A DNA stretch of 64,000 bases from Bugula neritina (GCA_964035545.1 OZ037768.1:9084741-9148740), one strand, 5' to 3'. Counted from the stretch's first letter, positions 1 through 11,159 are shown. Numbers and translations are program-made. The notes: generated by a model not told the origin, from the letters alone.

Positions 1-3000
1 TCTCAATGATAAGAGCTTAGCTTTAAGTCCATCTGACTTACATTTCATAACGTCTGTTCTTCTACCGTATCCACTAAGTTTTCTGGCTGTCTCTGCATCA
101 ACCTCAGCGTGTTTACCAAGTAAGTGATTCCTTAAACCTTTTCTCCTAATAATTGAAAAGAAACTCAATTCTTTAACAAAAAAAAGAATTACTATAAGTA
201 TATACAATCGAAATTTTTTTTAAAGTCATCATTGAATATGCCGCACAGCTTACAATAAACTATTATTGAAAGCTATATATACATAATACGCGTCCAAGTC
301 ATGGGTTCAAACCCCACAAAGGCCATTGGTGATGTTAGGAAGAGCATCCAGTGATAATTGCTCCTGTGCCTCATATGAATAAGTCCTAAGCCGGATTTAA
401 TAAAGAACTCTTTCCATCAGGGGTTTCTCACAGGGATGGTGACTATAAACTTGCATGAGTGAGTTATATACATAGTAATAATATATATACACAACAGAAC
501 AGTTGGTGTTTTAACGTATGGAAATGCAGAGACACCCTTACCCAGCAACATACTGCTGACAGAGAGGACACTGCAAGCTCTCGTGTCTGCTTCTGTGATC
601 AGCCAGAGCCGCCTTATTCTTGGACACAAAGTCGCATTGTTCACATTTGAACAGCCTGTCTTCATGGTGCGCATTCACATGCAACTTTAAGCTGTTTTTT
701 GAGTGTGTCTTATGGTTGCAGTACTTACAGGCAAACGGCCTTTCATCTGTGCACATAAAAACACATAAACTATATTATTGTATTTAGAAAAAGATCATAT
801 TACTAATCATATGCCCAATTCCACAAGATCTTCAGATTTTGAAATGTAGTGTTTGAGTATAACCTTCATGCGTCTTTGCATGATCTTCACAGATCTTCAA
901 TGTCTTGAACAGCAGACCACATTCATAGCATTCGTGACTTCCTAATTCTTTCCTGAAACAATATCATCGAACAAAACAATAAAATTTAAATCCAGTCATG
1001 TAGTATCAGTTTGAACATTGGTTAGTGTATTAACACATGAATTCTAAACCCAAATAGTACTCGGGCTATGACTTGTCTAAATTCCAAACAAGTGCAGCAA
1101 CTTGACTAAACCTTTTAATCAAGTATATTCGATGACTTGTGCAAGTTGATGGAGTCAAGTTTTCTGTAGAATGAAATGAATCACTTCCAAATAAATATAA
1201 ATAGTAACTTATAGCAAAGTACAAAAAGACAAGTTATTTAGGCCACTAACAATAAAAAAAATCAAAATCTGAAAACATTTGGGCATAAATGCAACTCAAA
1301 TATCAGATTATACAATTACTTACAATACTATATTTGCATTACCCATTTAGCTACAAAAGAATTTACATGTATTGACATTACCTAAATTTAGCAAATAGTT
1401 CTTGAGTCATGGGTTTATAACCCAGTCTGGTGAAAATGTCAAGGTTACTACTGGCTTCAAGGGGTTGGTCAGCAGATATGGATACGCTTGAGCTCTCTAG
1501 GATAACTTGCCTCTCTTTTGGTAAATACAGACTTTTCTGTAACCATACAATTGATGACTTTATGTTATAATAGTGACCAAGAGAATACAATAAGTCTATA
1601 TATGTGTTTTGAATCAGTTATGTAACTCTATGATTCAAATAATATATGTTATCTATAACAAGTATAACTTATTCAGTTCAAAGCATAGCTCATAGCTTCT
1701 AAATTTCATCTTTTTCAATTGGTATATTTTGTATTATATTAGCATGTATTAGCACTTCCTTGAATTGAAATATAAGATAATTTCACCAATGACAAGAAAT
1801 AGTAAGGCAACATAATTTAAGTGAATCGGAAGTGTTTCATAGCTGCTCATTAAATCTAACCCTTCAAACTTTAGCACAACCATATATCTCAACATATGAA
1901 AAACTGTGGATTATTTAAAACAGTTATATTTTTCTTGGGTTTAATATTAAATATTCAAGAAAAGTATTCAACTAGGTAAAAAATTTGAGAAAAAAAGTCG
2001 TTCTAAAACTACGTGACACGCTTTTTAAATTAAAAAATAAATGTTTAAAGATGAAATTTTCAACACTTTTTGAAAATAGAGCAGCTTTGAAACACATATG
2101 CGAAAATAACTGGCAAGTACTCTACCTCGATACACTCTAGTGTGATGGTGTCATAAGGAGTCTTGCTAGAGTGAGCATCGTTTAAATGAGAAACCAATGC
2201 TAATGTGGAGAGCGCCTTGTGATCACATTCGAAGCAGCTATACACGTATTGATGCTAAAACACAGTTCACGTATCTCAAAGTCAAACTACTTGTTATGCA
2301 CTAGTCACTTTATTTATAGTATGAGCCCAAGTTACATTGTAACATACATTTCAACATGAATTATGTTCCATGGCCAATTTCTTAAACACATTAAAAATCA
2401 AAACGAAACTCTAATAAACAGAAATAATCAATTAGTAGATCTAGGATAACCTTTACCTTGATGTAGTGGATGTCAAGGTGAACCTCTTTGCTAGTCTCGT
2501 ACTGACAGAGTTCACAACTGAAGATGGTGTGCTCTATTTTATAATTGTGAACATTCAGATGTCTGTCCCGATCACTCAGCTTCTTGAACTTCCTGTCGCA
2601 TATATGACACTCAAACAACATGGCTGCTCCTGGACCTATTAAACATACAGCAATACCATGATAAAAAGAAGACAATTCAATTGCTACTCTGTCAACAGTT
2701 ATGACTTTGAACACCGTCAGCGAGCAGTTTTGTTTTTTAATCTAAATTCTAATCAGAAGAAATTGTACAGTAGTGTCTTTTGATACAAATTTACAGTAAG
2801 CAAAATAATTATGTTTTAGCACACAATTAAGGGGTGTATGAGAAATAATGTTACTTTGTATAGATTAGCAAGTTTACCTTCTTTAGCTTGAACAAACTTC
2901 TGATAATAAGCCTTCCCTTCATCAGTTTTAGAATGGTAATTCCTGACATGATTTATCAGAGATTTCACAGTGCTATAATGCTTTTTACAGAGGGCACACT

Positions 3001-5250
3001 TGTGCACGATACCGCTGTGAGTAGACACATGCTCTAAGAGGTGAGACTTGTTCACGCTTTGGAAATCACAAGTCTTGCAACGATACATCTGACCAGTGTG
3101 TTTTCTCATATGAGAATATATATTACCTAAAGAACATAGCCAAGTGATGTATATATAACACCAAGTTTGCATCATCAAGGGCAGAATAAAAAAGGTATGA
3201 AAACATTTCTTTAGATTTATTTGAGCACAATCAAACATTACCTTTAGAATTCGATCTAAAGTCACACTCAGGACATTTGAAGGGTTTCTTGTCAATATGA
3301 GTCAGACAGTGATATCGAATATGTGAGAGAGACTTGAATACTTTCTCACACTCATTACAAGAGTAGAGGGTGATGTCAGAAGAACTCCTGGGTGCTATCG
3401 GTGCATGACTGTTCATTGTCTAAACATTTAAATACAGCAACATGACTGTTCATTATCTATACATTTATATACAGCAACATTTTAAACACAGGTAACAATG
3501 CCTAATATTTTTTCATTCAACTAGATAAAACTGACACACAACACAGCTACAAATCCAAATTTATTGACAAAGAATTTTTCCTCATGAAAATTATTATGTA
3601 TGGCAATAATTGGCACATTGTAACTATTATATGCTGACACATAAACACTATTTTAAAATTTACTATTAACTTCCAGCTTTTACTGTTGCTATCAGAATAA
3701 ACTCTACGATTCAAAGTGTTTGTCAAACCAATCGATCAATCGAGAGCAAGCTACCTGTTCTATGAGATGAATTTTGTACATGTCATGGGTGTGGCTCAGA
3801 TCAACCACTGTAATTTCTTTCTTTTCAAACTCCTGGCGCGCCTCCTCATTAGGGAACACGGGAATATCTGGAATATCATCCAATGTCTTGGGTATGGGGT
3901 AATTGGCTACAGTACGTTTCTGAGACAGGGATGCCAATTTCTAAAGTAATAGAAACAAAAAACTCACTTTATTTTCAGTCAATACAATATGTGGGTCCAA
4001 GTAACTAATGTAAGCAATAGTAAACTACAATAGTTGCCTTATGCTAGTCGTTTAGCCAGTTTATAACAATATATAGCCAGTTAATCTATTAGTTGTAGTA
4101 TACTATGACATAATAATTGTTATAATGATATAAAGTATAAAATAATATGAAATCAAAACATAACATGTAGTACCTTCTTAGCATCAGAACCTACAAGATA
4201 TCTCCGCTTGTTTGATTTACTTTCTAAACCATCAATAAATATGCTATCAACGTCTTCTTGCTTTTCTTCATTAGTTTTTCTAGGACCTAAATGCTGCAAA
4301 AAGTAAAAACTAAACCACATAATTGATTATAAAATTGAAAAGAATAAGATCCACAAAACAGATTGAAAATTACATTTTCTAGACTTGTAGATTATACCTT
4401 CTTTCTGCTGTTTTTTGTATTAAACTCCGGTATATCCTCTAGCTGTACATAAATATCTCTTTGATTGATACATTTGTGAGATTTAAAATGTCTGTGTTTT
4501 GAAAATTTCATTTGGCAGATTTCACAATAAAGAGACTCGTCAACTCCTAAACACATGGATAATTAATTCGAAAGTAAGCCCGATATTAGCTGAATATATT
4601 TTTGCACTAACAAGTCTGTAGCAGAGCAAATATAATGCAAGTTTCTTCTTAAGATATGCATCAAGTCTCTAATGCGAGCCAACGTAGCTTAACAACACTT
4701 TTTTTTAAATTGTGCTGAAATAAACGGAATTGAATCAAAGCTCAAATTTAAAGCATCAAGTGTAACATAATTTCATTAGAATAAAATTATACTAAACTTT
4801 AATACTTACTAATTGGTGGAGTTGTATCAGATGTGCATTTTAAGTCTGGAATGACACTCTTATTTTTGTTGTCTACTTTCTTTTTTATGACCTTGATGTG
4901 TTGTGAAGATGCTGAAAAGTTTGTAAATTATATTTACTATTTAAAGCTTGTTATTTTGGACACCGATAATTTTGCAGATTCTATAATTTTGCAATTAAAA
5001 TAGTGAAAATGTCATAGTAAAGTTACTACATGGTAGATACAATGTATTAGGACAAACCTGTGTCTTCAACTACCTTAGCTTCAGTAACTGTAAGTACAGT
5101 GACACTTTCATTCTTGGGTGTCGCTCCATGTGACACTGGAACACTACAATCTGCTGACCGTTTGTGTTCCAGGAAATTTACCAAGTCATGAAATGTAGCT
5201 GAGCAAACACCACAGATAAAGGTATCTGATGATGGCGGATGCGTTTCCAT
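1..5250 (-). CDS. ZFAT: ZFAT-like multi-C2H2 zinc-finger protein, multi-exon, 3' end beyond the window start
   Basis: ATG at 5250 (METHPP...CGVC..H). Approximate coding exons with GT/AG ends: 5250-5058, 4912-4808, 4547-4398, 4286-4173, 3941-3755, 3419-3242, 3126-2855, 2636-2457, 2255-2124, 953-809, 747-541 and 147-1. The finger order CEKVFK..HIDKKPFKCPEC..GNIYSHMRKHTG..CKKHYSTVKSLINHVR and CHICDRKFK..DRDRHL..FSCELC matches the vertebrate ZFAT array as I recall it. Confidence 0.8.
288..420 (+). mobile_element. tRNA-derived SINE remnant (intronic)
   Basis: B-box-like GGTTCAAACC at about 305, followed by a core GGTGATGTTAGGAAGAGCATCCAGTGATAATTGCTC. A similar core recurs on the minus strand near 30950-30985. 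Confidence 0.45.
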
Positions 5251-5606
5251 TAATAACTTAAATTCCTATTCTATTCTAGAAGAAACAACAATACATGTAG
5301 TTGTATTTTTACTATACTTCAACAAAAATACATTACATGAGATTACATTCTCATTTTGATTCAGTTCTACTATAATAATAATTATAAGTATGACTATTAG
5401 TATTAGTATTACTGTTAGTATTAGTATTACTAATCACTATTACTATTAGTAAAAGTTAACTATTAGTAATCACTCGGTGAAACTAAATGTAATTACTAAT
5501 TACTTAATCTTATAGTTATACTAATTACTAATTAGTCCAATTATAAGTAAAACTAAATCAAAATATAATCAGTCTCACTAATACTAATTAATACTAATAG
5601 TAATAG

Positions 5607-5958
5607 TGTAGTGAGTAGTGCAAGTACAAATACAGGAATCGCCCTCTCCCTACTCTTGGAATACTTAGACTCTTATGTAGCAACCAATTAGCAGCTCCGG
5701 AAGATATGCTTCCGATTCACGTGACACTTCCCGGGTTATTAACATTATATCACGTTGTTGTAAGCGGAGGCTTGTAGTAGTAACATGTGTTAGTAGTTGA
5801 CTCTTGTATAGGATAATTTGATGTGATGTTTGTTTTATGCTTTATTGTGGATAATAAATATAATTACTCGACAGCTACCCTAGTAATTGATAGCAGAATA
5901 ACCAGCTAACTATACGCAAGTAAATAACTCACGCTCAGTAATTGCACAAATTACTACA
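5607..5958 (+). repeat. 5' LTR
   Basis: Starts TGTAGT, ends ACTACA (6-bp terminal inverted repeat). Identical by eye to 10518-10869. Contains CCAAT (~5684), CACGTG (~5718) and AATAAA (5853-5858). Confidence 0.97.
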
Positions 5959-5959
5959 G

Positions 5960-5977
5960 TGGTGGCAGCGGTGGGAT
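5960..5977 (+). promoter_or_regulatory. Primer-binding site, tRNA-Leu (AAG/UAG type)
   Basis: TGGTGGCAGCGGTGGGAT lies 1 nt after the LTR. It is the reverse complement of ATCCCACCGCTGCCA-CCA, the 3' end of metazoan tRNA-Leu(AAG/UAG). Confidence 0.9.
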
Positions 5978-5993
5978 CTTGCGTATAGCAGTC

Positions 5994-6944
5994 ATGGCAG
6001 AAGACGGCACGGAGCTACCCATTCCACTGAATGAAGGTGAGAGAGATAATGTTGATATACCTGTGGAACCAGTGGTGTTAGATGAAGAAGTGAGAATTCT
6101 TAGAGAGTATGGTGAAGACAGATACCGGATGAAGGCGCCCACCTTCGCAGGCAAAGAAGCAGTGGAGCAGTTTATCCAAATATTCCAAGATGTGATGGAG
6201 ATTTCAGAGTGGCCGCCAAGGGTGGCGCTGCTCAAACTCAGGATGGCGCTGACGGGCAAAGCTAAGCCGTACGGAGCGGGACCTGACATAGACGGAATCT
6301 TTGCTTCCCTGCGGGCCCGTTTTGGCATCTCTCCCATAGATGCGCGGGCCTGTCTACAGAGGATGCGGCGTGATCCTCACACGTCACTAGAAGAGCACGC
6401 TGCCACGGTGTACCCACTAGCGCAGATTGCATTCCGCGATCTGCCTCCGGTACACCGTGAGAGGTATACTTATGATGCCTTCGTGCAGTCCATCAACGAC
6501 TTGGGGCTCCACCATCAACTCCAAGCGAGGGGAGTCACCACAGTCGAAGATGCACTTGCGGTGGGAGAAGCCTACCTCTTGGCGACTCATAAGCACCGCA
6601 ACCGCGTGGCCTCCCGCCAGGTGACCACGGAGCACTCTACTGCTCACGCCGAATTAGACGCGGAACCCTCCGCGGTGGCTAATGTGAACCAGATGTCACT
6701 AGCGTCAAAAATCTCACAGATGACTGACATGCTAGATAAACTGGTCACCACATTAGCTTCCCCAAGCCAGGTAGATACTGCCCGTGAGCCTAGCGGGCCG
6801 CAGGTACAATCACCAGGCATGGGGCACCACTTCTGCTGGGAATGCGGAAGGCCAGGACATTTCCAGAGAGACTGCCCTCAGCTCCCACAAGGGTTAAACT
6901 ACCACGGCCCGCAGATGTTCCCACCTCCTGCGGGCCGTCTGTGA
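5994..6944 (+). CDS. gag: Gag-like protein with CCHC zinc knuckle
   Basis: ATG at 5994. Capsid-like segment (APTFAGKEAVEQFIQIF...LRARFG) and a CX2CX4HX4C knuckle CWECGRPGHFQRDC. Confidence 0.9.
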   Translation: MAEDGTELPIPLNEGERDNVDIPVEPVVLDEEVRILREYGEDRYRMKAPTFAGKEAVEQFIQIFQDVMEISEWPPRVALLKLRMALTGKAKPYGAGPDIDGIFASLRARFGISPIDARACLQRMRRDPHTSLEEHAATVYPLAQIAFRDLPPVHRERYTYDAFVQSINDLGLHHQLQARGVTTVEDALAVGEAYLLATHKHRNRVASRQVTTEHSTAHAELDAEPSAVANVNQMSLASKISQMTDMLDKLVTTLASPSQVDTAREPSGPQVQSPGMGHHFCWECGRPGHFQRDCPQLPQGLNYHGPQMFPPPAGRL

Positions 6945-7135
6945 ATCACCCAGGGAGGCCCGCCCGTCTGTCGCCCCGCTGGGCGCCGCGCGGAGATGCT
7001 GTGAAGTGGCGACCCCCGCGGCAAGTAGGCTCCAGCCACTCGCCACCTGGGTCCTCTACGCCACTCCGGCACCAACACGGAACCGGCAGACGGTTGACCA
7101 CAGAGCCTGCGAGGGAAACGGTACAGGCGCCGTAA

Positions 7136-9151
7136 GGTGTACCGCCCCAACCTCGGCAGCTGGTCAATAGTCGCCGCCAACCGTGGACCCCTCGACCCAC
7201 AGCGAGGGAGGTGCAACCACGGCACACACAATTGCAGCCACACGGAAGTAGCTACTTCCTACCAGGAAAGCTAGCCGGCAAGCCTGCCAACTTCCTCCTG
7301 GACTCAGGCTGCACCACCAACCTCCTTAGCCGTCAGTTCTTTGACACCCTCAGCGCTAAGGTCAAGGACAGGTTGGCACCGTATGAGGGGGATCATGGCA
7401 CCCTGGCAGACGGGTCATGCATTCCCTTCTACGGCATTATTGAGCTAACTGGTTACGTCCGTAACCAGGCCATCCAAGAGACGTTTATCGTCGGGCAGCT
7501 CAACGAGGATGCTATCCTCGGGATGCCATTCTTACAACGACACGGTTGTCGCATCGATTTCAGTAAATCTGCGATGATCATGGGCGACAAGGAGCTCGCT
7601 TGTGTCGATAAGTTTGGTCGTCCTCTAGCGGGAGCAGTGCAGGTAGTACGGAGCTGTACTATACCAGGCCACTCCCGGGCTACCGTCCGCTGCAAGGTAG
7701 ACGGTGGCCAAACCTTTAAGTTGGGAGTTGTCGAAAGTACGCACTCGAGAGTCCAACTTGCCCATAGCTTTAGCCGGCTTACGGGACAAGGAGAGATCTC
7801 AGTGCAGTGTGTCAACCCCTTCTCAGAGACAGTAGACCTACCACCCAGATCCATGCTGGGTCGCTTCCATCCTGTCCAGGAGGAAGCCATTGGGCCGTCG
7901 TCGGGAGCTACGACGGAAGGTCCTCAGCGGAGCCCGTCTCGAGGGCGGAGGACCGTCCCAACCCACGCCTCCCCTCCTCCAGGGACGCGTGGCTGCACAG
8001 GCAACGGGAAGCGCCAGGCTATGGCTAGGTTGCCACATGGGTACAGTGAGGCGTTCAGCCACACAGACCACGGAGCCCGCCTAAATAGAGCAGGCTGCCG
8101 TGAGGTACCACGGGCGGCGAGGACCGCCCCTGCTCAGCTACTCCAACAGAGGGCTGACACGCCCCCGGAGGCTGCCCAGAGCCTCCGCGCCAAACCTGTA
8201 TGGGCTGGTAACGTTAGGGAGCTGCCGAAGCTCCAGGAATGCCTTCCTGGGGTGGTAGCCGACGTGTACCGAGCGAAACAGGAAGGGCGACGACCCAGTA
8301 GTACACAACGGCGACAGGGATGCGCCGAGTTACGGCTGTACTGTCAACGTTGGAGCTCTCTGCGGGTCGGGCCAGATGGTCTGCTAACCATGACCTTGGC
8401 CGCCAACAGCAGACAGCCAGCCAGGAAGAGGGTTGTCTGCCCAGTTGCCATCCGCCGGAAGTTGATACAAGACACCCACGAGGAGACTCACGGAGGAGTC
8501 CAAGGGGTGGTCACCAAGCTACAACTCCGGTGGTACTGGCCTAACATGGAACGGGATATCCGACGCAGAGTGAGACGGTGCAAAGTCTGCCAGACCAACA
8601 AGCATAGCCGTCTCCCTGGTGAAGCGGGGCGGCAGACGCATTGTGCGAGAAGGTCTCGGCAGGCGGAGACTGTCAACCTGGCCGGAAACACCTCCATGAC
8701 ACGTCAGGAAGACTTGGCGAGGCGAGAAAGGCTACTTCCGTCCTTGAAAGTGCGCCCACCGCCCCCAACGTCAAGCCTGCCATCATCACCACTTCCGGAA
8801 CCAGAAACAGGTCCGGAAGTGCAAAAACCCCCCGTGGGAGGGGCTCCGCAAGGAGATACCAACATAGGACCAGGACCACACACTAGGCAACTTCCAGCGT
8901 GTCTCAGAGACTGTGTACGTGACCGCGGTATAAGCGGCAGTAACGAAAGTCTAGAGAGGCCTCGCATGGGAAAACAGGCAAAGAGCCGTGGGAGTTGTGA
9001 TCACCACGAAAATCTCAACTTTTGCCTCGGCGGAATCTCACACGAGATTCATCCGCTGGAAGTAAAAAGCCCTAGTCACGTTTCACAACCACGCTGTCCG
9101 GTCTTTTCCTATGTTGATGCAGTCGAGAGTAGACGTGCCAGTAAACAGTAA
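7136..9151 (+). CDS. Internally deleted pol: aspartic protease + linker + integrase HHCC domain, with no RT, RNase H or complete integrase core
   Basis: FLLDSGCTTNLL and ILGMPFL (retropepsin motifs), then H-x3-H...YWPNMERDIRRRVRRCKVC (integrase zinc-binding domain). The frame is open from 7136 and is -1 relative to gag. Confidence 0.85.
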   Translation, partial: GVPPQPRQLVNSRRQPWTPRPTAREVQPRHTQLQPHGSSYFLPGKLAGKPANFLLDSGCTTNLLSRQFFDTLSAKVKDRLAPYEGDHGTLADGSCIPFYGIIELTGYVRNQAIQETFIVGQLNEDAILGMPFLQRHGCRIDFSKSAMIMGDKELACVDKFGRPLAGAVQVVRSCTIPGHSRATVRCKVDGGQTFKLGVVESTHSRVQLAHSFSRLTGQGEISVQCVNPFSETVDLPPRSMLGRFHPVQEEAIGPSSGATTEGPQRSPSRGRRTVPTHASPPPGTRGCTGNGKRQAMARLPHGYSEAFSHTDHGARLNRAGCREVPRAARTAPAQLLQQRADTPPEAAQSLRAKPVWAGNVRELPKLQECLPGVVADVYRAKQEGRRPSSTQRRQGCAELRLYCQRWSSLRVGPDGLLTMTLAANSRQPARKRVVCPVAIRRKLIQDTHEETHGGVQGVVTKLQLRWYWPNMERDIRRRVRRCKVCQTNKHSRLPGEAGRQTHCARRSRQAETVNLAGNTSMTRQEDLARRERLLPSLKVRPPPPTSSLPSSPLPEPETGPEVQKPPVGGAPQGDTNIGPGPHTRQLPACLRDCVRDRGISGSNESLERPRMGKQAKSRGSCDHHENLNFCLGGISHEIHPLEVKSPSHVSQPRCPVFSYVDAVESRRASKQ

Positions 9152-9460
9152 TCATCTACCACTCTCATTCCAAAATGTCTTACTATTCTGGATCGAAGGG
9201 TGAGTTAATTATGTTTTTGGTACGATAACTAGACTGCATCAGTCAGCTTAGCTACACTAGCTAGCTGGAGATTCGATAATGATAAACAGTGGTGGGAATA
9301 CACGTCGACTTTGATTTTAAATAATCTGCCATAGCGAGTGTGTTCTCCATCAACTATTCATTAGCCTGAATCTCACGAGTGTAACTGAACAGAGTACCGG
9401 TCAGGCTGTACACGCCGACGGTGCCTCAGTGTATAATCTTTAACACTGCTACTCTTTCAG

Positions 9461-10227
9461 ATCACACTCGAGTGACCACCTCCCGGTCACGGGACCAGCC
9501 AACCTCTCTGTCTATGGAAGAAGAGCCTGTAATGGAGAATGGCATACCCGTAGTGCTCCGCCGACGACACCGTTGGGTGTCACCCACGACAGAGAGGAGA
9601 ATTGAAGAAGCCTGGGGACCCAGTGGACCACACCGAACCTGCCAGGTCTGCTTTGAGGAGTGCCCGTCACACCGCTCCCTGCGTTTACATGTAGACGCCC
9701 ATTTCCTACTCCACTTCTATCCCTGCGGGTTCCACGACGTCTACCCGTATCCCGTGACAGTACATAAGCTAAGCTGCTTCGCCGGAGAGAACCACACTGT
9801 TGATGAAGACAGTTTCCCCCTATACCTGGATGCCATGAAGCCAGTCATCAGAAAGGCTATCACCCTGGCCGCGCTAGCGTCAGGGTTTCACGTACTGCTA
9901 CTATCCGCCCGCCATAAGTCCCCTATGGTTCAGGGCCCACCTCCTACCCCCGTCAACCCTAGCAACACCCCAGAAGTAGAAGGAACAACAATATCCCCTC
10001 TAACGGAGACCACTACTACCCCACCAAGACCTAGCCAGCTGGCTAATGTAGAAGAGCGGCTTGTAAGACTACAAGCCGAGTTCACACAACTTGCCCCTGA
10101 CCTGCTGGATACGACGACAGGTCTATACCAGTTGAAGGACTCAGTGGGGCGACTGAAGAGGCGGCTACGTGCCCGACAGGCTCGACACAGAGCACGGTCG
10201 CTACAAGAATCAGAGTCCAACCAATGA
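9461..10227 (+). CDS. Extra ORF3 of the LTR element: C2H2 zinc finger + coiled coil, function unknown
   Basis: Frame open from 9421 to 10227 with first ATG at 9514. CQVC-x12-H-x3-H finger, Pro/Thr linker, heptad-rich basic C-terminus. Splice acceptor CTCTTTCAG ends at 9460. Confidence 0.75.
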
Positions 10228-10506
10228 GAATGCCTGGGGTAGGCACCTTCGTTGAGCGATACTCGTTTGGAATGTGACGAGCGCTCCGACATTGGCCCGC
10301 AAACTGGTAAGCACCCTCTCTCTTAATAGCTGACTAGATGTGTGTGATCGATCACCCTGTTGTCTTCTAATGTAAACGTTGTCGTGCTCAACTATTTCTT
10401 TTCTTACTCTTTGTGGGTTTACTTATGTATGTTTTTCTTTTTGGATTATTGTATGGTTTTTCATTATGTTTTTTTATTGTGTTATCAGAAAGTAGGGCTT
10501 TCTGCT

Positions 10507-10517
10507 GGGGGGGACGG
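10507..10517 (+). promoter_or_regulatory. Polypurine tract
   Basis: GGGGGGGACGG immediately before the 3' LTR. Confidence 0.8.
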
Positions 10518-10869
10518 TGTAGTGAGTAGTGCAAGTACAAATACAGGAATCGCCCTCTCCCTACTCTTGGAATACTTAGACTCTTATGTAGCAACCAATT
10601 AGCAGCTCCGGAAGATATGCTTCCGATTCACGTGACACTTCCCGGGTTATTAACATTATATCACGTTGTTGTAAGCGGAGGCTTGTAGTAGTAACATGTG
10701 TTAGTAGTTGACTCTTGTATAGGATAATTTGATGTGATGTTTGTTTTATGCTTTATTGTGGATAATAAATATAATTACTCGACAGCTACCCTAGTAATTG
10801 ATAGCAGAATAACCAGCTAACTATACGCAAGTAAATAACTCACGCTCAGTAATTGCACAAATTACTACA
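10518..10869 (+). repeat. 3' LTR
   Basis: 352 bp, identical by eye to the 5' LTR, followed by TSD ATAG. Confidence 0.97.
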
Positions 10870-11159
10870 ATAGTCATAGTGATAGTGTAACTGTAATACT
10901 AATACTAATAGTGCAATAGTAACACTTACACTATGACTATGAGTATGACTAAGTCTAATCATAATCATAATGCCAATCGCCCAATGGTAATACTTATACT
11001 AATAGACAATAGTAATACAGATTAGTGATGACTCAGACTGATACTGATCGTGATAGTCATAGTGATTAGATTTAGACTTGCCCCCCAAAATAGTTAGTGG
11101 TAATATTAATATATCGCATATTAATCTGCTAGGGTCATAAATTTTCAGCTTCGGATATT

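Larger units (their letters stand above)
5607..10869 (+). mobile_element. Non-autonomous Ty3/Gypsy-type LTR retrotransposon, 5263 bp
   Basis: Two 352-bp LTRs (TGTAGT...ACTACA), 4-bp TSD ATAG (5603-5606 and 10870-10873), PBS, PPT and gag/protease/integrase-zinc-finger coding. No YxDD RT motif. The interior is visibly GC-rich against the AT-rich host. Confidence 0.96.

Noticed and set aside
7113-7119. Second slippery-looking heptamer GGGAAAC
   Set aside because: Its XXY/YYZ codon phase is in neither the gag nor the pol frame, so it cannot bypass the TAA at 7133.
9421-10227. ORF3 as an env gene
   Set aside because: No signal peptide, furin site/fusion peptide or transmembrane anchor is visible.
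5954-10292. Many short overlapping or antisense ORFs inside the LTR element
   Set aside because: Expected shadows of GC-rich coding sequence, with no recognisable motifs.
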